A stretch of DNA of 64,000 nt from Eledone cirrhosa (taxonomy: Eukaryota). Position numbers and translations under genes: made by a program. The notes under the pieces were generated by a model. The model was given only the letters and a program-made list of their open reading frames with translations, was not told the origin of the DNA and ran no database searches. The stretch covers positions 145,886,001-145,950,000 of the forward strand of contig OZ024741.1 of assembly GCA_964016885.1 (NCBI GenBank), read 5' to 3'. Shown here piece after piece: positions 13,301-25,650 of the stretch (its first letter is position 1; each line of letters starts with the position of its first letter).

Positions 13301-14004
13301 AGGCAGAGAAAATAGGTTTGGAGTTTGGAACTCAGTTAGTGAAGGAAGTAACAGGTGGAATCTTCACAGAAGCAAACTTCTAGGGAAAGGAAGTGGCTTG
13401 ATCAAACTTTCAACTAATATACCACTGAAGGATGTTGCGACACAAAATTATGCCCAAGCATTAGACTCAAATAGAGACTCTATATAACTAACAGTGACTA
13501 ATATTTGTACGCCTTCTCAACGTATATCGAATGTCAACTAGGTATATATCTGTAATTCAATATACTAAGCTATGTTGATGCCATCACAATATTACATCTG
13601 ACTATGTTAATGACTAAACCATTACAGTTAGCAATATCAGATTTAACTCGATTATCAACCAAAGCTAGCATTCATTGAATATTAATCACAATATTAACAA
13701 TTTTGACTCTAAGCTACCCAAAACCACCCCAGGCCCGATGAAACAAAACCATTAATTTTAAAATGTTCCTATTTAAATTCATATCTTTCATCAAGACCCT
13801 TTTATCAAGTTAGGTTGCAAATACCATCTTAAAAATAAGATAATTTAAGGAAATTGTTACAAATTTTTTCATTAATTAATTCAAATTTTGCTCCATTCCA
13901 TTCAACTTCATATCAAATTTCTTGAGAATTATAGAATAAGTTGCTCCCAAATAGACAATGATAGTTGGTGAAGTCATTCTTTACCTTATGTTTGAGAAAA
14001 AGAT

Positions 14005-14295
14005 TGGATGTGTTGTGTGTATCTGATGACTGGTGTGTGTTATGATGTGTTTTGTTGGTTCTGTTGACTGGTGTGTGGTGTGTGTTGTGATGTGTTGTGT
14101 GGGTTCTGTTGACTGGTGTTGTGTAGTGTGGGTTCTGTTGTGTCATGTTGTGCTGTGTGGATTCTGTTGACTGGCGTTGTACAGTGTGGGTTGTGTTGTG
14201 TTGTGCTGTGAGTTCTGTTGACTGATATGTATTGTGCTTGTGGGTTCTGTTGGCTGGTGTTTTGCAGTCTGGATTCTGTTAATTAGTGTGTATTG
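14005..14295. repeat. Degenerate GT-rich minisatellite (~30-40 bp unit)
   Basis: Recurrent GGGTTCTGTTGACTGGTGT motif, about 8 copies. Confidence 0.85.
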
Positions 14296-14677
14296 TGTCT
14301 GCACTATTGGTTAAGTACAGATCTGCTTTGTTCAAGCAGACCTACAATCAAAGATGTTCCAGGATGTAGAATCAATTCTACTATTACTGCCTCTTTGGCA
14401 GTAACCAAGTCTATGATTCTTGAGAAATTTGACATTAAGTTGGAGAAAAATAGCTCATTTCTAACAGCAATGTGATTAGTAAAATTTTTGTTTTACATTC
14501 AAAATCCTTGAAATATATTTACTCTACCAAATATAGGATTTATTAGTAATATATCTGTGAATATTTGAGTTCATCAAAGACAACAATTCTCAAGATGTTT
14601 GACATTTTCATATTTTTGACATGCTTTATGGTGAATTTGTCTTGCTGGTGGTGTTGAATTTTTCTTCCCTTTTTAAA

Positions 14678-15035
14678 GCTATTTGACACCAAGCCACCTG
14701 AAACTGCTTCTGTTTCTATGATACACAATTGTTTCGTTTAAAGTGTTCATACGAATCTAAATCATGATAATTTTATGTAAGAAAGTTATGCTTCGAACAC
14801 ATGACAAATAATGAGAAAGTTAGTTATATTATTAAATGCCTCCAAATTATTATGTTCAAACTCATTTGAAAATCATAAAGAGTTCTTTTCGTTATAAATA
14901 TGTGAGAACCTTTATTACACTATGTTCAAAACACCAGATTAATAACAAAAGCTCTCCAAATTCCTGATTATTTTTCATAATTATTTTAAAATCTTAGGCA
15001 GTATCTTTCATTAGAAATATGGTAATGAAAGGATA
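14678..15035. mobile_element. TTAA/CCCTTT-terminated MITE family copy (piggyBac-like ends)
   Basis: Homologous to copies at ~16.25, 16.48, 30.6, 32.36, 38.6, 40.3, 48.9 and 55.1 kb. Shared blocks GATACCAAAC..CCTGAAAC and GGCAGTGTCTTTCATTAGAAATATGGTAATGAAAGG. Confidence 0.6.
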
Positions 15036-15459
15036 TGATAATGTTAGAGTGTTACTTGAGGAAAACTTAACTGCTATTTCTTGACGATCAAGCAACTGCT
15101 ACATAGAAATTGTTTCAGAGGCTCATTATGTTTGTCTTATGGAACATGTTTTGTAATGTTATGTATTGTGACACATATATTGTATTGTGTGTATTGTACT
15201 CTCTTCTGTATGTTGATTGTTTTGTTGTTGTTTGTTGTGTCCCCTGCTGCTCCACAATGTTTCATATGTGTTCTTCAGTTAAAATGATGAATTGAATAAG
15301 AGACAGTTTGATCTTTCTATTTGTCTGACAGAAGTCGCTGCAGTATCCATTGTATTGACATCAACACTTCATGTCAATATTAGTTATGTGTAACATCAAA
15401 GTTTCACTGATGAGATATTTTATAACCAATATCTTCTCTGCTCATTCATCATTAAAATC

Positions 15460-15750
15460 AGCACCACCACAAACACCTCAATCACAACCACCAATAACTG
15501 CACAATCACCACAAACATAATACTGCCACTACATTGCCACCATCTCCATCACTACCATCACCACCACAAACACCACAACCACAATTACAACCAACACTAA
15601 AAAGAACACAACCACCATCACCTCCTCAGACAACATAATCATCAACACCACCACCAAAAAACAACACAATCACAAACATCACTAGAAATGCCACCACTGT
15701 TGCTGCTGCTGCTGCTGCTGCTTCTGCTGCTACTACTACTACCACTACCA

Positions 15751-15783
<33 letters not shown>

Positions 15784-15800
15784 TTACCATCACTACTACA
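15460..15800. repeat. Compound (ACC)n/(GCT)n/(ACT)n trinucleotide repeat
   Basis: Seen directly. Confidence 0.9.
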
Positions 15801-16247
15801 AATTATAGATAAACCTGTTATGTTATTATTTTCAACCTGCTAATTGTTTTAAGGGAATGCTTCCTCCTGAAGCAATGGTTAGCCAGGGGCAGTTAGATGG
15901 GGGCAGGGTATGACAAACATGTTATTCATCAGGGCTTTTTTAAAGCAATATTCTATACCTTTCTTTTCCTATATCCTTTTAGTTGCTTCATATAACATGC
16001 CAGGTTACGGTATACCTATTCTAAACTAGATATACACAGCATATCTTCAACTTGATTTCTTATTGAAATTTGCTTTAAAACCAATTCTAGGAACTAAATT
16101 AAAATGTAATCTATTCATATTTGAACATTTCCATTACAATTTTCCATAAACTAATAACAATATGCAAAATAGCCTCCCCATCTGATAACTGTAAGTTTTT
16201 TAAGTAGCTGCTAGCTGAGACCAGTTTTCAAAATAGTGAAGATTGAG

Positions 16248-16712
16248 TCAACTCTTTTGATACCAAACCATCTGAAACAACCCATGGCTCGATGAAACAA
16301 AACTATTTGTTTCAAAGTGTTTATATTCATCTAAAATTCTTTTATCATAATTTTAAGTCCAAACCTTTGTCATATGTTTGAAATACCTGTTTAAAAATTT
16401 CACAATGTTACTAAATCACCAAATTGTTGATTAGGCAGTGTCTTAGAAATATGGTAAAAAGATTAAGTTGGTAATAGTTAACACCTTTTGATATTAAACC
16501 CCTAGTTCTATGTTAGAAAACTACTTGTTATAAAGTGTTTATATGTATCTAAAAGCTTTCCCTGATAAATTTATGTAAGATCTTTATGTTCCAAGCACCA
16601 GCTTAACAATGAGAAAGTTTGCTATGCTATGACACCCCTCCAAGTTTTTTATTATTTCAAAACTATTTGAAAATCATAGGCAGTGTCTTTCATTAGAAAT
16701 GAAAGGGTTACT
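16248..16712. mobile_element. Two tandem copies of the TTAA MITE family
   Basis: 16248-16465 and 16478-16712 each start (T)AAC.C.TTTGATA..AAAC and end AGAAAT....AAAGGGTTA / AAAGATTAA. Confidence 0.6.
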
Positions 16713-17702
16713 GAAACAGAAATGCACTTACTTTCATATCTATGATATTTTAACAGGTACTTAGAGTGACTCCAAAATAGTAATTTACAGGGAAATAAAA
16801 CAATATGTTTTAAACATGAAACCTTGGGTTTCTGGAACAATAAAGACAAACTTCTGTGACTTAAAAATCGTCAAACGATATTTAGAAAATAATTAGCAAT
16901 AGATGCTTTGAGAGAAAAGCTAAGCCCAAAAGAAATCACATGTAGTAAGCAGAAGAAAATGTTATGTTAGTACAGACATGTAATGCTAGGGATGATGAGT
17001 GTTAACTGAAAAAGTACCTGAGTGGAAGAAAGCTATGGATATGGAAGACAAAGAAAACTGTGGGAACTGAGGTAGTGGAAGCTCATCTCATAAAACTAAA
17101 TTTTGTTGTTGTCATTGTCATTGTTATCATCATCATAATCATTGTCAAACTTTGGATTAAAACTGGATTTGTTCATTGAGAGCTCAGGGCAGTAGGCCAG
17201 TCATTATCACAGTGATGTTAAGAGAAAGGAAAATCTGATCAATGAAGAGTGACTTCTAATTGCTTGGTAAATTATTCAGCCATTACAGTCAGTAACAATA
17301 TATTCTACATCATCAATATGTTTATGCTTGATTAGTTTCTCCATTCTGATATGCTTTAAACAATTCTATGGTAGTATCAATTCTGATATCTCAGATCATT
17401 TCATCTCTTTGAAAATACCAGCTACTCCTCTTAGTATTTTTATTGCACTCTCACCTTCTTCATTAGTTTTACCTATTAGCTGTCATCAATAAGCAATACT
17501 AATTAACTCTTTTATACACAATCATAATTACTTAGGACACCCAAGGGAACACACACTTACACCAATTTCTCTATAGTCTTCTCTCTGAATACTCAAAAGT
17601 CACTACCTCATCATCACTCACACTCTATAAGCTTACACTCTAATGATTTCCCCACTGAACATTTCAATAAATCATTATATAAAATGGTTTTACTGTACAT
17701 AG

Positions 17703-18405
17703 TAGGTGCGGGAATTGCTGTGTGGTTAAGGAGTTTATATTGTAATGATATAGTTTTGAGTTCGGTTTCATACCCACAATATGGCACATTAGGCATGTGT
17801 CTTCTACTATAGTTTCAGATTGTCTGTGTGGAAGCCTATCACCCCCCCCCCCTACACACACACACAAAGTTTTGGGAGGATTCTGCAATTGTATCAAAGA
17901 CATGACAATTTGCCTAGTGATAGTGATAAATGCACTCAAAGCACTCTGTAAAGTAGTTAGTGGGAGGAAAGGAATCCAGCTGTAGAACATTTGCCAAAAA
18001 TAAGTCAGGAGAATATTTCCGTTGTATCAAAGATATGACAATCACTATACTGTTAGTGATTTGTACATTAAACATACCAAGTACACTCTGTATAGTGGTT
18101 GGTGATAGAAAGTGGATCCAGCTGTAGAAAACCTGCCAAACAAAAGATTGGGAGCAATCTGCAGCTGTATCAAAGGCCTGACAACATCTCTAATGCTGGT
18201 TCCACTATAAAATGCATTTATTAGAGAGTGAGATGCAGGCCCCTGGTCTGCCAGAAGAATTGGTCGAGTTTGAGAATGTAAGAGAGAGGTAAGTAAAGTA
18301 CCCAGCCCATCTGAGAGGTCAATAGCTTTGCTGGGGTCATGGTCTGGTATGTTACAACCTGTCCAACCCTTGCTAACATCAAAGATGGATGTTAAATGAT
18401 GATAT
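17703..18405 (+). mobile_element. Composite tRNA-head SINE with duplicated internal module and RTE-like (GAT)n tail
   Basis: tRNA-like head GCTGTGTGGTTAAGGAG, two copies of CACTCTGTA.AGT.GTT.GTG....GGATCCAGCTGTAGAA, and tail CCAACCCTTGCTAACAT...GATGTTAAATGATGAT. Related copies at 12.99-13.28 kb and 19.54-19.88 kb. Confidence 0.6.
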
Positions 18406-20207
18406 ATATGTGTAAATGTGGATTATTGTGTGCTAAATTAGGAGGTTACTGACTGTTTCAATTGGGAATACTTTAACGTTTTCATATGATAATCTGTCAA
18501 TACAATAGTTACACTATTTCCATAGCTTAAGCTTCTGGCTAGGAACGTTATCTTACAAAATGATCCTATGCATGTGCTCCAAATGATTTTGTTGAGCAAG
18601 TTGTAAACAATGAGCTCAAAATCACTGGATATCGATCTAAACCCTTATTATCATAATTAACTCCCAATTGTTTTTTAAAATTTTGGTCAAGTCCTCCATA
18701 TTGGTAAACTCATGCTGCTAAATTAACTAGTCCCAGCCCATCTGCTACTGCTGCTGTGATTTGCTGACTGACTAGCAGTTAATGTCACTCGAGGGATATC
18801 AGCACCGACTTAAAAATTTAGTTGTAGGGTCGATTTTCGGAAACCCTCAATGGACTGTTGGTTGATAAGAGTTTCCTTAATCCATGACCAACAGATTCTC
18901 CACAGAATTAAAAAAAGTACTGTACCAGTTTAGACTTTAATAACACATTCTTTCATTAATAAGCTAATTATTAGATTATTAGAGCATTAAATAACAAAAA
19001 TGTCTTAAATAAAATCATGAGAGAAGGATTTAATATATGAATAAACATTTTTGGGTGGTTTTATGCAGTTAGGTATCAAAAGGGTTAATCCTTAAACTAA
19101 GGCCAGTGAGTTTATCCTGCAAGCTTAATAAGTGTTTGTCTCACATCAAACAAATATAAGCAAAAATGCTATATCTGACATACCTTAACTTATAGAACAA
19201 TACTCCACATAGCTGTTGGTATGTCTGTGATTTAAGAGTTTGCTTTGCAGCCACATGTTTTCAGGTTCATTCTCAATGCCTGACACCTTAGCTATATGTC
19301 TTCTACTATAGCCTTATAAATGAAATTTTATAGATGAAAACTTAGTGTGTGTATGTGTTTGTGTTTTTATGTCTCATAATGTAGTATTTTGACAAAACAA
19401 GATCATACCAAACTTGAAAAAATAAGTACTAGGGTTGCTATAATTGACTAAATTCTTTGGAAGCAGTGCCCCATCATGTCTACAGTCTAATGACTGAAAA
19501 CAGTAAAAGAAAAGAAAATATAGTAATCTACTGAACTACACGATAAACGCACCCAGTACATCCTGTAAAGTGGTTGGTGAAAGGAAGGTACCCAGCTGTA
19601 AAAACTTGCAAAACAAAAGATTAGAAGGATTCTTTAGCTGTATTGAAGACATGACAACTACCCTAGAGCCGGTTCCATGAAAAATGTGGAGTGCAGGAAT
19701 GTATGTAAGCAATATGCAGGCACTTGGTCCATCAGAAGATTTGGTAGAGTGCAGGAAAGTATGTAAGTGAGATGCAAGTCTCATCTGAGAGTCAGTAATC
19801 TGCTTCAGTAATGACCCATTCAGCCCTTGCTAGCAGGAAAAATGGATGTACGATAATGATGGCAATGATGACAATGATGATATTACTCTAATCTCAGTAG
19901 AATGCAGTCACAAGCAACAAAATTTAAAACATGTATGTCTCCACGTGCAAATAAAATGATGACTATGGTGGTGAGAGAGTGAAGATTGTGACAATGATGA
20001 TGATTGTTATAGTCGTGTTGTTGTGGTTGTAGTAGTAGGAAGAGATGTTTTCTGTCTGTTGAGAGAAAGTTTACCAATTCTTTCGTCTTCTTTCACAGTG
20101 ACTAAATATAGAATTTCAGTCAGACTCCAAACTTAATGTAATTATTTCATGATCTTTGCAATATGACAAACCAAAATAATTCTTTCACACTGTGCAGTAT
20201 TTCAATG

Positions 20208-20238
20208 TAACTACTACTACTACTACTACTACTACTAT

Positions 20239-20312
<74 letters not shown>

Positions 20313-20325
20313 ATAATAATAATAA
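20208..20325. repeat. (ACT)n then (AAT)n microsatellite
   Basis: Seen directly. Confidence 0.95.
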
Positions 20326-20440
20326 TTGTTTCTACTTTTCGCACAAGGCCAGCAATTACCCAGTGGATTACTGGTACTTTATTTTATCAACCCTGTAAGG
20401 ATGAAAGGCAAAGTTAACCTCGGCGCGATTTGAACTCAGA
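20326..20440 (-). mobile_element. Meta-like SINE ending at the R4/Dong junction
   Basis: Matches the family consensus up to GATTTGAACTCAGA, then switches to LINE sequence. Confidence 0.8.
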
Positions 20441-21301
20441 ATGGCAAGGGAGAAGACAATAGATCAAGAGATGTCCAAGGAGGAAGAGCAACCTTCATGA
20501 AAAATCCCTTCATAGTACCTTCATTAAGAAAACGGAATTTAGAGATCCAAAGACTTTGGAACTGGTTAAAAAGAGGAGACCTTAAAAAAAGATACAGAAG
20601 GAATGATAATGCCTGCGCAAGAGCAGGCCCTCAAAACGAAGTGGGTGAAACGAAGTGGGGAGAGAGAGGAGATGGTGGCTCACTCACATTGTATCCGAGT
20701 GTAAACACCTAGCCCAGACTCACTATAAAGGCTGGAGACATGATGTGATAGGCAGGGTCATCCACTGGCATCTATGCAAAGTAAATAATTTACCACATTC
20801 TGAGAAGTGGTATGAGCATAAGCCAGAGTCGGTGATAGAAAACGATCAGGTGAAGGTGCTATGGGATTTTAGGATACAGACGGACAAGAAATTAGAACAC
20901 AATAGGCCTGACCTGGTGGTTTTGGACAAGGAAAAAAGATTGTGCTTGATTGTAGATGTAGCCTGTCCCTTTGACACGAGAGTGCAAGAAAAGGAGAGGG
21001 AGAAAATTAACCGATACCAGGACTTAAAGTGGGAGTTAAAAAGGATTTGGAACTGCCATGAAATCAAGGTCGTCTCGATTGTCATAGGTGCACTAGGTAC
21101 TACCTCAAAGAGTTTCCAAGGATTGTTAAAGAAGATTAGTCCAGCCCCACTTTTTGGAACACTTCAAAAGGCATGCTTGCTGGGAACAGCAAGAACCCTC
21201 CGATATGTCCTGAATGTCTGAGGCTGCAGGTAGTGGCTTGATATTCATTTCAAAAAACCTTCCAGTTAAATAACATCAATGACTGAGACTCAAAGAACAA
21301 C

Positions 21302-21333
<32 letters not shown>
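20441..21333 (+). mobile_element. R4/Dong-type RLE non-LTR retrotransposon, 5'-truncated copy 1
   Basis: ORF 20655..21221: HIVSEC...RHDVIGRVIHW...LWDFRIQTD..LEHNRPDLVV...IVDVACPFD...EKI.RY.DL...IVIGALG (RLE PD-D-K motif). Frameshifts upstream, short 3'UTR, (TAA)n tail at 21302-21333. Confidence 0.9.
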
Positions 21334-21334
<1 letters not shown>

Positions 21335-22641
21335 CAACTATAGACCTATCACATGTCTGTCCGTAATGTGGAAACTGTTAACAAGCATTGTGTCTGGGGA
21401 AATCTACCATCACCTCCACAGAAAGAACTTGTTACCGGACGAACAGAAAGGATGCTGAAAGAAGTCCCATAGTACAAAGGACCAGTTACTTATTGATAAG
21501 ATGGTAATGAGGAATTGCAAGAGGAGACACACTGGTCTTGCCATGGGATGGATAGACTACAAAAAGGCATTCGACATGGTACCTCATTCTTGGATAACCA
21601 AAAGCGTAGAGATCTTCAAGGTGGCAGATAACATCAGACAGTTGTTGGGCAAAAGTTTGAAGTCCTGGGAAACAGAGTTAACATTGGGTGGAGAATCCTT
21701 GGGAGGCGTGAAGATCAAGAGAGGTATCTTCCAGGGAGATAGTCTGTCCTCTCTGTTGTTTGTCCTTGCCCTGATCCCCCTGACCATTATACTGCGAAAC
21801 GTGAAAGAAGGATACAATTTGGGAAAGGGAGAGCTTACCTCCCTAACTGAATTTAGAGATCCACAGACATGGAACTGGTTGAAAAGAGGAGACTTTAAAA
21901 AGGCTACAGAAGGAATGCTAATGGCTGCGCAAGAGCAGGCCCTCAAAACGAAGTGGGTGAAACACCATATTTACAGGGTGGAGGCTAGCCCACTGTGTAG
22001 GATCTGTGGAGAAAGAGAGGAGACTGTGGCTCACATTGTATCCGAGTGTAAACACCTAGCCCAGACTCACTATAAAGGCTGGAAACTTGATGTGATGGGC
22101 AGGGTGATCCACTGGTACCTATGCAAAGTAAATAATTTACCACATTCTGAGAAGTGGTATGAGCATAAGCCAGAGTTGGTGATAGGAAACGATCAGGTGA
22201 AGGTGCTGTGGGATTTTAGGTTACAGACGGACAAGAAACTGGAACACAATAGACCTGACCTGGTGGTTTTGGACAAGGAAAAAAGATCATGCCTGATTGT
22301 GGATATAGCCTGTCCATTCGACACGAGAGTGCAAGAGAAGGAGAGGGAGAAAATTAACCGACACCAGGACTTAAAATGGGAGGTAAAAAGGATTTGGAAC
22401 TGCCATGAAGTCAAAGTGGTCCCGATTGTCATAGGCGCATTAGGTACTATCTCAAAGAGTTTCCAAGGATGGTTAAAGAAAATTGGTCGCACCCCGCTTT
22501 TTGGAACACTTCAAAAGGCATGCTTGCTGGGAACAGCAAGAACCCTCTGAAACGTCCTGAATATCTGAGGCTGCAGGTAGTGGCTTGATATTTATTTCAA
22601 CAAACTTTCCAGTTAAATAACATCAATGACTGAGACTCAAA

Positions 22642-22675
<34 letters not shown>
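21334..22675 (+). mobile_element. R4/Dong-type retrotransposon copy 2 (RT domains 1-4, CCHC knuckle, RLE), internally deleted
   Basis: Starts at NYRPITCL. ORF 21501..22550 has WIDYKKAFDMVPH, RGIFQGDSLS, CRICGEREETVAHIVSEC and RPDLVV...DIACPFD. The catalytic YxDD region is missing near 21840. Same 3'UTR as copy 1 and a (TAA)n tail. Confidence 0.92.
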
Positions 22676-22677
<2 letters not shown>

Positions 22678-23029
22678 AGATGATAATGTGAATGTCAACC
22701 TTATTATTACTATCATTATTATTGATAGTGATGGCGTTGTTGAGTATGGCAGCATCATTTCTATTATTATTACTTTGATATCACAGTCATTGGTGTTATT
22801 TAACTGGAAAATTTGCCCTAATGAACATTAAGCTACTACTTGCAGCCTCAGATATTCAGGATGTATATGAGGGTTGTTGCTGTTCCCAATAGGCATGCCT
22901 TACATTTCAAAAAAAAGATGACTGGGCTAATGTTCTTGGAAGCTCTTCAAGATAGTACCGAGTGTTCCTATGATGATGGGGAAAACCTTGATCACATGAC
23001 AGTTCCAAATCCTTTTCAGTTCCCACTTT

Positions 23030-23775
23030 AAATCCTGGTACTGGTTAATTTTCTCCTCCTTTTCTTGCACTCTTGTGTCAAATAGGTAAGCTACATATAT
23101 AATCAAGCAAGATAATTTTTCTTGTCAAAAACCACCAGGTCAGGCCTATTGTGTTCTAATTCATTGTCCATTTTAATCCTGAAATCCCACAGCACCTTCA
23201 CTTGATCGTTAATGCTTATACCATTTCTCAGAATGAGGTAATTTGTTCAGTTTGCATAAATGCCAGTGAATCACTTTTCCTATGACTTTAGAGTGAGTCT
23301 AGGCTAGATGATTACACTCAGATACAATGTGAGCCACAGTTTCCTCTCTACACACACACAGATCCTACAGAGCAGTCTAGCCTCTCCTTGTAACATGTCC
23401 GTGGATCTTTGAATTCTGTTTTCTTTCAAAAGATGCTATGAGGGACCTTTTCATTCTGATTGTTCTTTCTCTTTGCTGTTACTTCTTTCTTGGACATCCT
23501 CTAGTTTATTGTCTCCTCCTTCAATACAGCCTTAAGCATTAGCTCATTACTATCAGACACATATTTATGTAGACAGCTCTTCTCTATCTGAACACCATCC
23601 TCCATGCTCATTAGACCTCTGCCACATTCAGATCTCCTTAAGTACAGTCTATCAACATCACCCTTCTTATGAAATATACTGTAGATAGTTATTAATTTCC
23701 TTTTTCTTTTTATCTAGTTCTTTTTGCTTGTTTACATTCCATTTAAGGATTTCCACACTGTACCTAATAGCTATT
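23030..23775 (-). mobile_element. Older diverged R4/Dong remnant in opposite orientation
   Basis: Minus strand has GTGAAGGTGCTGTGGGATTTCAGGATT and AGAACACAATAGGCCTGACCTGGTGGTTTTTGACAAG matching copies 1 and 2, plus upstream sequence absent from copy 2. Confidence 0.8.
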
Positions 23776-23792
23776 ATTATTATTAATGTAAG

Positions 23793-23975
23793 GCGGTGGA
23801 TTGGCAGTATCAGTAGAGAGTCGGACGCCATGCTTTCCAGCATAGTTACGTCCCTTTACGGTCTGTGTTCAAATCCCGCCGAGGTTGACTTTGCCTTTCA
23901 TCCTTACGGGGTCGATAAAATAAAGTACCAGTAATGTACTGGGTAATTGCTGGCCTTGTGCCAAAAGTAGAAACA
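23793..23975 (+). mobile_element. Full-length Meta-like SINE with 17-bp TSD
   Basis: GCGGTGGATTGGCAG head, GTTCAAATCC B-box and Meta-like core. ATTATTATTAATGTAAG at 23776-23792 and 23976-23992. Confidence 0.9.
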
Positions 23976-24099
23976 ATTATTATTAATGTAAGCCCTGTGC
24001 AGCTAATAAAAATATCAATAACAACAACAATAACAATAATAATAATGGTTTCGTTTATTGGCCAATAAATGAAATCATTATTGGTATTGTTGTTGTTTG

Positions 24100-25075
24100 T
24101 GATTTTTTTTATTAGCCGCAATGGGCTGACATTAAGAAAACATTAAAGATGGCACAGTATGGTATAGTGTGGGTTTTTTTCTATGTAAAATAAAATTTAT
24201 AACTGAGACTAACAAAGTAAACCTTTAAAAACATCAAACATAATTCCCCAAAAGGCAGATCACTCTGAGTGTCACTCATGAAGAAAGCCTGTTGTTCTCC
24301 TCCAATCTACAGGCATATGCTCAAGGCAAGCCCATTCACTCGGACTATACTTGTTACTTTTACCCACCTTGAAACAAACTGGCTGGAAGGTAGTGCTTCC
24401 CTCACCACACCAATTTTCCTCTTCAAGTGAAACCTGAAAAAATTAATGAAGGGCTTCACTGGAGAGGAAAGTGATTGTCTTCAAACTTTCAAACACACCC
24501 ACCACATTAACTCTTTGCCATCGCCACCAGGCAAATACAAATATTCTATCCTTCCCCTCTAAAGAAAGATGGTGGGGTGATTTTCATAATGGACTCAGTT
24601 GATAGTTGGATCCATCCCACATGTGACAGCAAGTGTTCAACTTAAACCCACAAGTAAGCAATACTCGAGTATTCAATGAGTGCATGCAATATGATTTCTT
24701 TGTCCTGTGCACATCTCAGACAGGCCCAGCTGATGGGACTGCACAGCCAGAGATTTCTTGAAGTTATCCATAAGCCCTGGATTGATATTCCTCTAGAAAA
24801 GAGTGGCTAATTAATTTTCATCAATGCCCACAGTCTCTCCAAGAACATCATAAATGTTATCTACCACTAACCCTCTATGGAACATCAAGGTGGGGTTTCT
24901 ACCGAGCATACCACCCGATTAGCCATGCTAGCAAAGGTGGAACAGGTCATTACAGATCAAGTCAATGCTTAATTGCAGCTACTGATCTTTCAAGGGCTTA
25001 AAATCTCACATATTTTCTTACACTGTAGCGATTGCTCCAATAGACTTAGGGCTTGCATCTAACTAACATAATAAT
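24100..25075 (-). mobile_element. Tx1/L1-clade LINE 3' remnant
   Basis: The 3' end matches 2810-2910. Minus strand has a degraded P.C.RC.QD.E.ILHALI zinc-finger-like segment near 24670-24730. Confidence 0.6.
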
Positions 25076-25200
25076 CCTACACTTAACCAAGTGCATTTTA
25101 TTGTGGCACCAGAACTAGTGAGTTTGTTTTGTTTTTTGTCACAGCTAAACAGTTATCTTGACCATTTCTCTGGCAGGTCTTCTATGATCAGATGCCCTTA

Positions 25201-25205
<5 letters not shown>
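25075..25205. repeat. Outer arm A of an inverted duplication (partner 28554-28684)
   Basis: ATCCTACACTTAACCAAGTGCATTTTATTGTGGCACCAGAACTAGTG...GATGCCCTTACTGTAT is near-identical to the reverse complement of 28554-28684. Confidence 0.95.
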
Positions 25206-25259
<54 letters not shown>

Positions 25260-25262
<3 letters not shown>

Positions 25263-25440
25263 TCATCATCATTTCATTTCATTTTACGTCAACTTTTTCC
25301 CTGCTTGCAAGGGTGGGACGGGAACTGATTCTGGCTTGATTTCTACAGCTGGATGCCCTTCCTAACACCAACCTCATTTACAGTGAGTGCTGGGTGCTTT
25401 TTTTTGCCGTGGCACCTCCACGACCACTTTACAGTGGAAT
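25260..25440 (-). mobile_element. RTE LINE 3'-end fragment with (GAT)n tail
   Basis: Reverse complement of 48490-48745 (TTTCTACAGCTGGATGCCCTTCCTAACACCAACCTCATTTACAGTGAGTGCTGGGTGC). Confidence 0.85.
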
Positions 25441-25454
25441 GATAGGGACCCCAG

Positions 25455-25608
25455 TCCCTATCATCTCATTTCTACAGCTGAGTAAACTGGAGCAACGTGA
25501 AATAAAGTGTCTTGCTCAAGGAAACAACACATCACCCGGTCTGAGAATTGAACTCACAACCTTTCGATTGCAAGGCCAATGCTCTAACCACTAAGCCATG
25601 TGCCTCCA
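25455..25608 (-). mobile_element. tRNA-derived SINE 5' part (CORE-like)
   Basis: Minus strand: TGGCTTAGTGGTTAGAGC (A-box), GAGTTCAATTC (B-box), CCTTGAGCAAGACACTTT...ACTCAGCTG. Confidence 0.8.
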
Positions 25609-25650
25609 CATATATATAAATATATATATATATATATTTATATATATTTA

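Noticed and set aside
25520-25608. tRNA gene
   Set aside because: A and B boxes run into a SINE body, the cloverleaf is degenerate, and many decayed copies exist.
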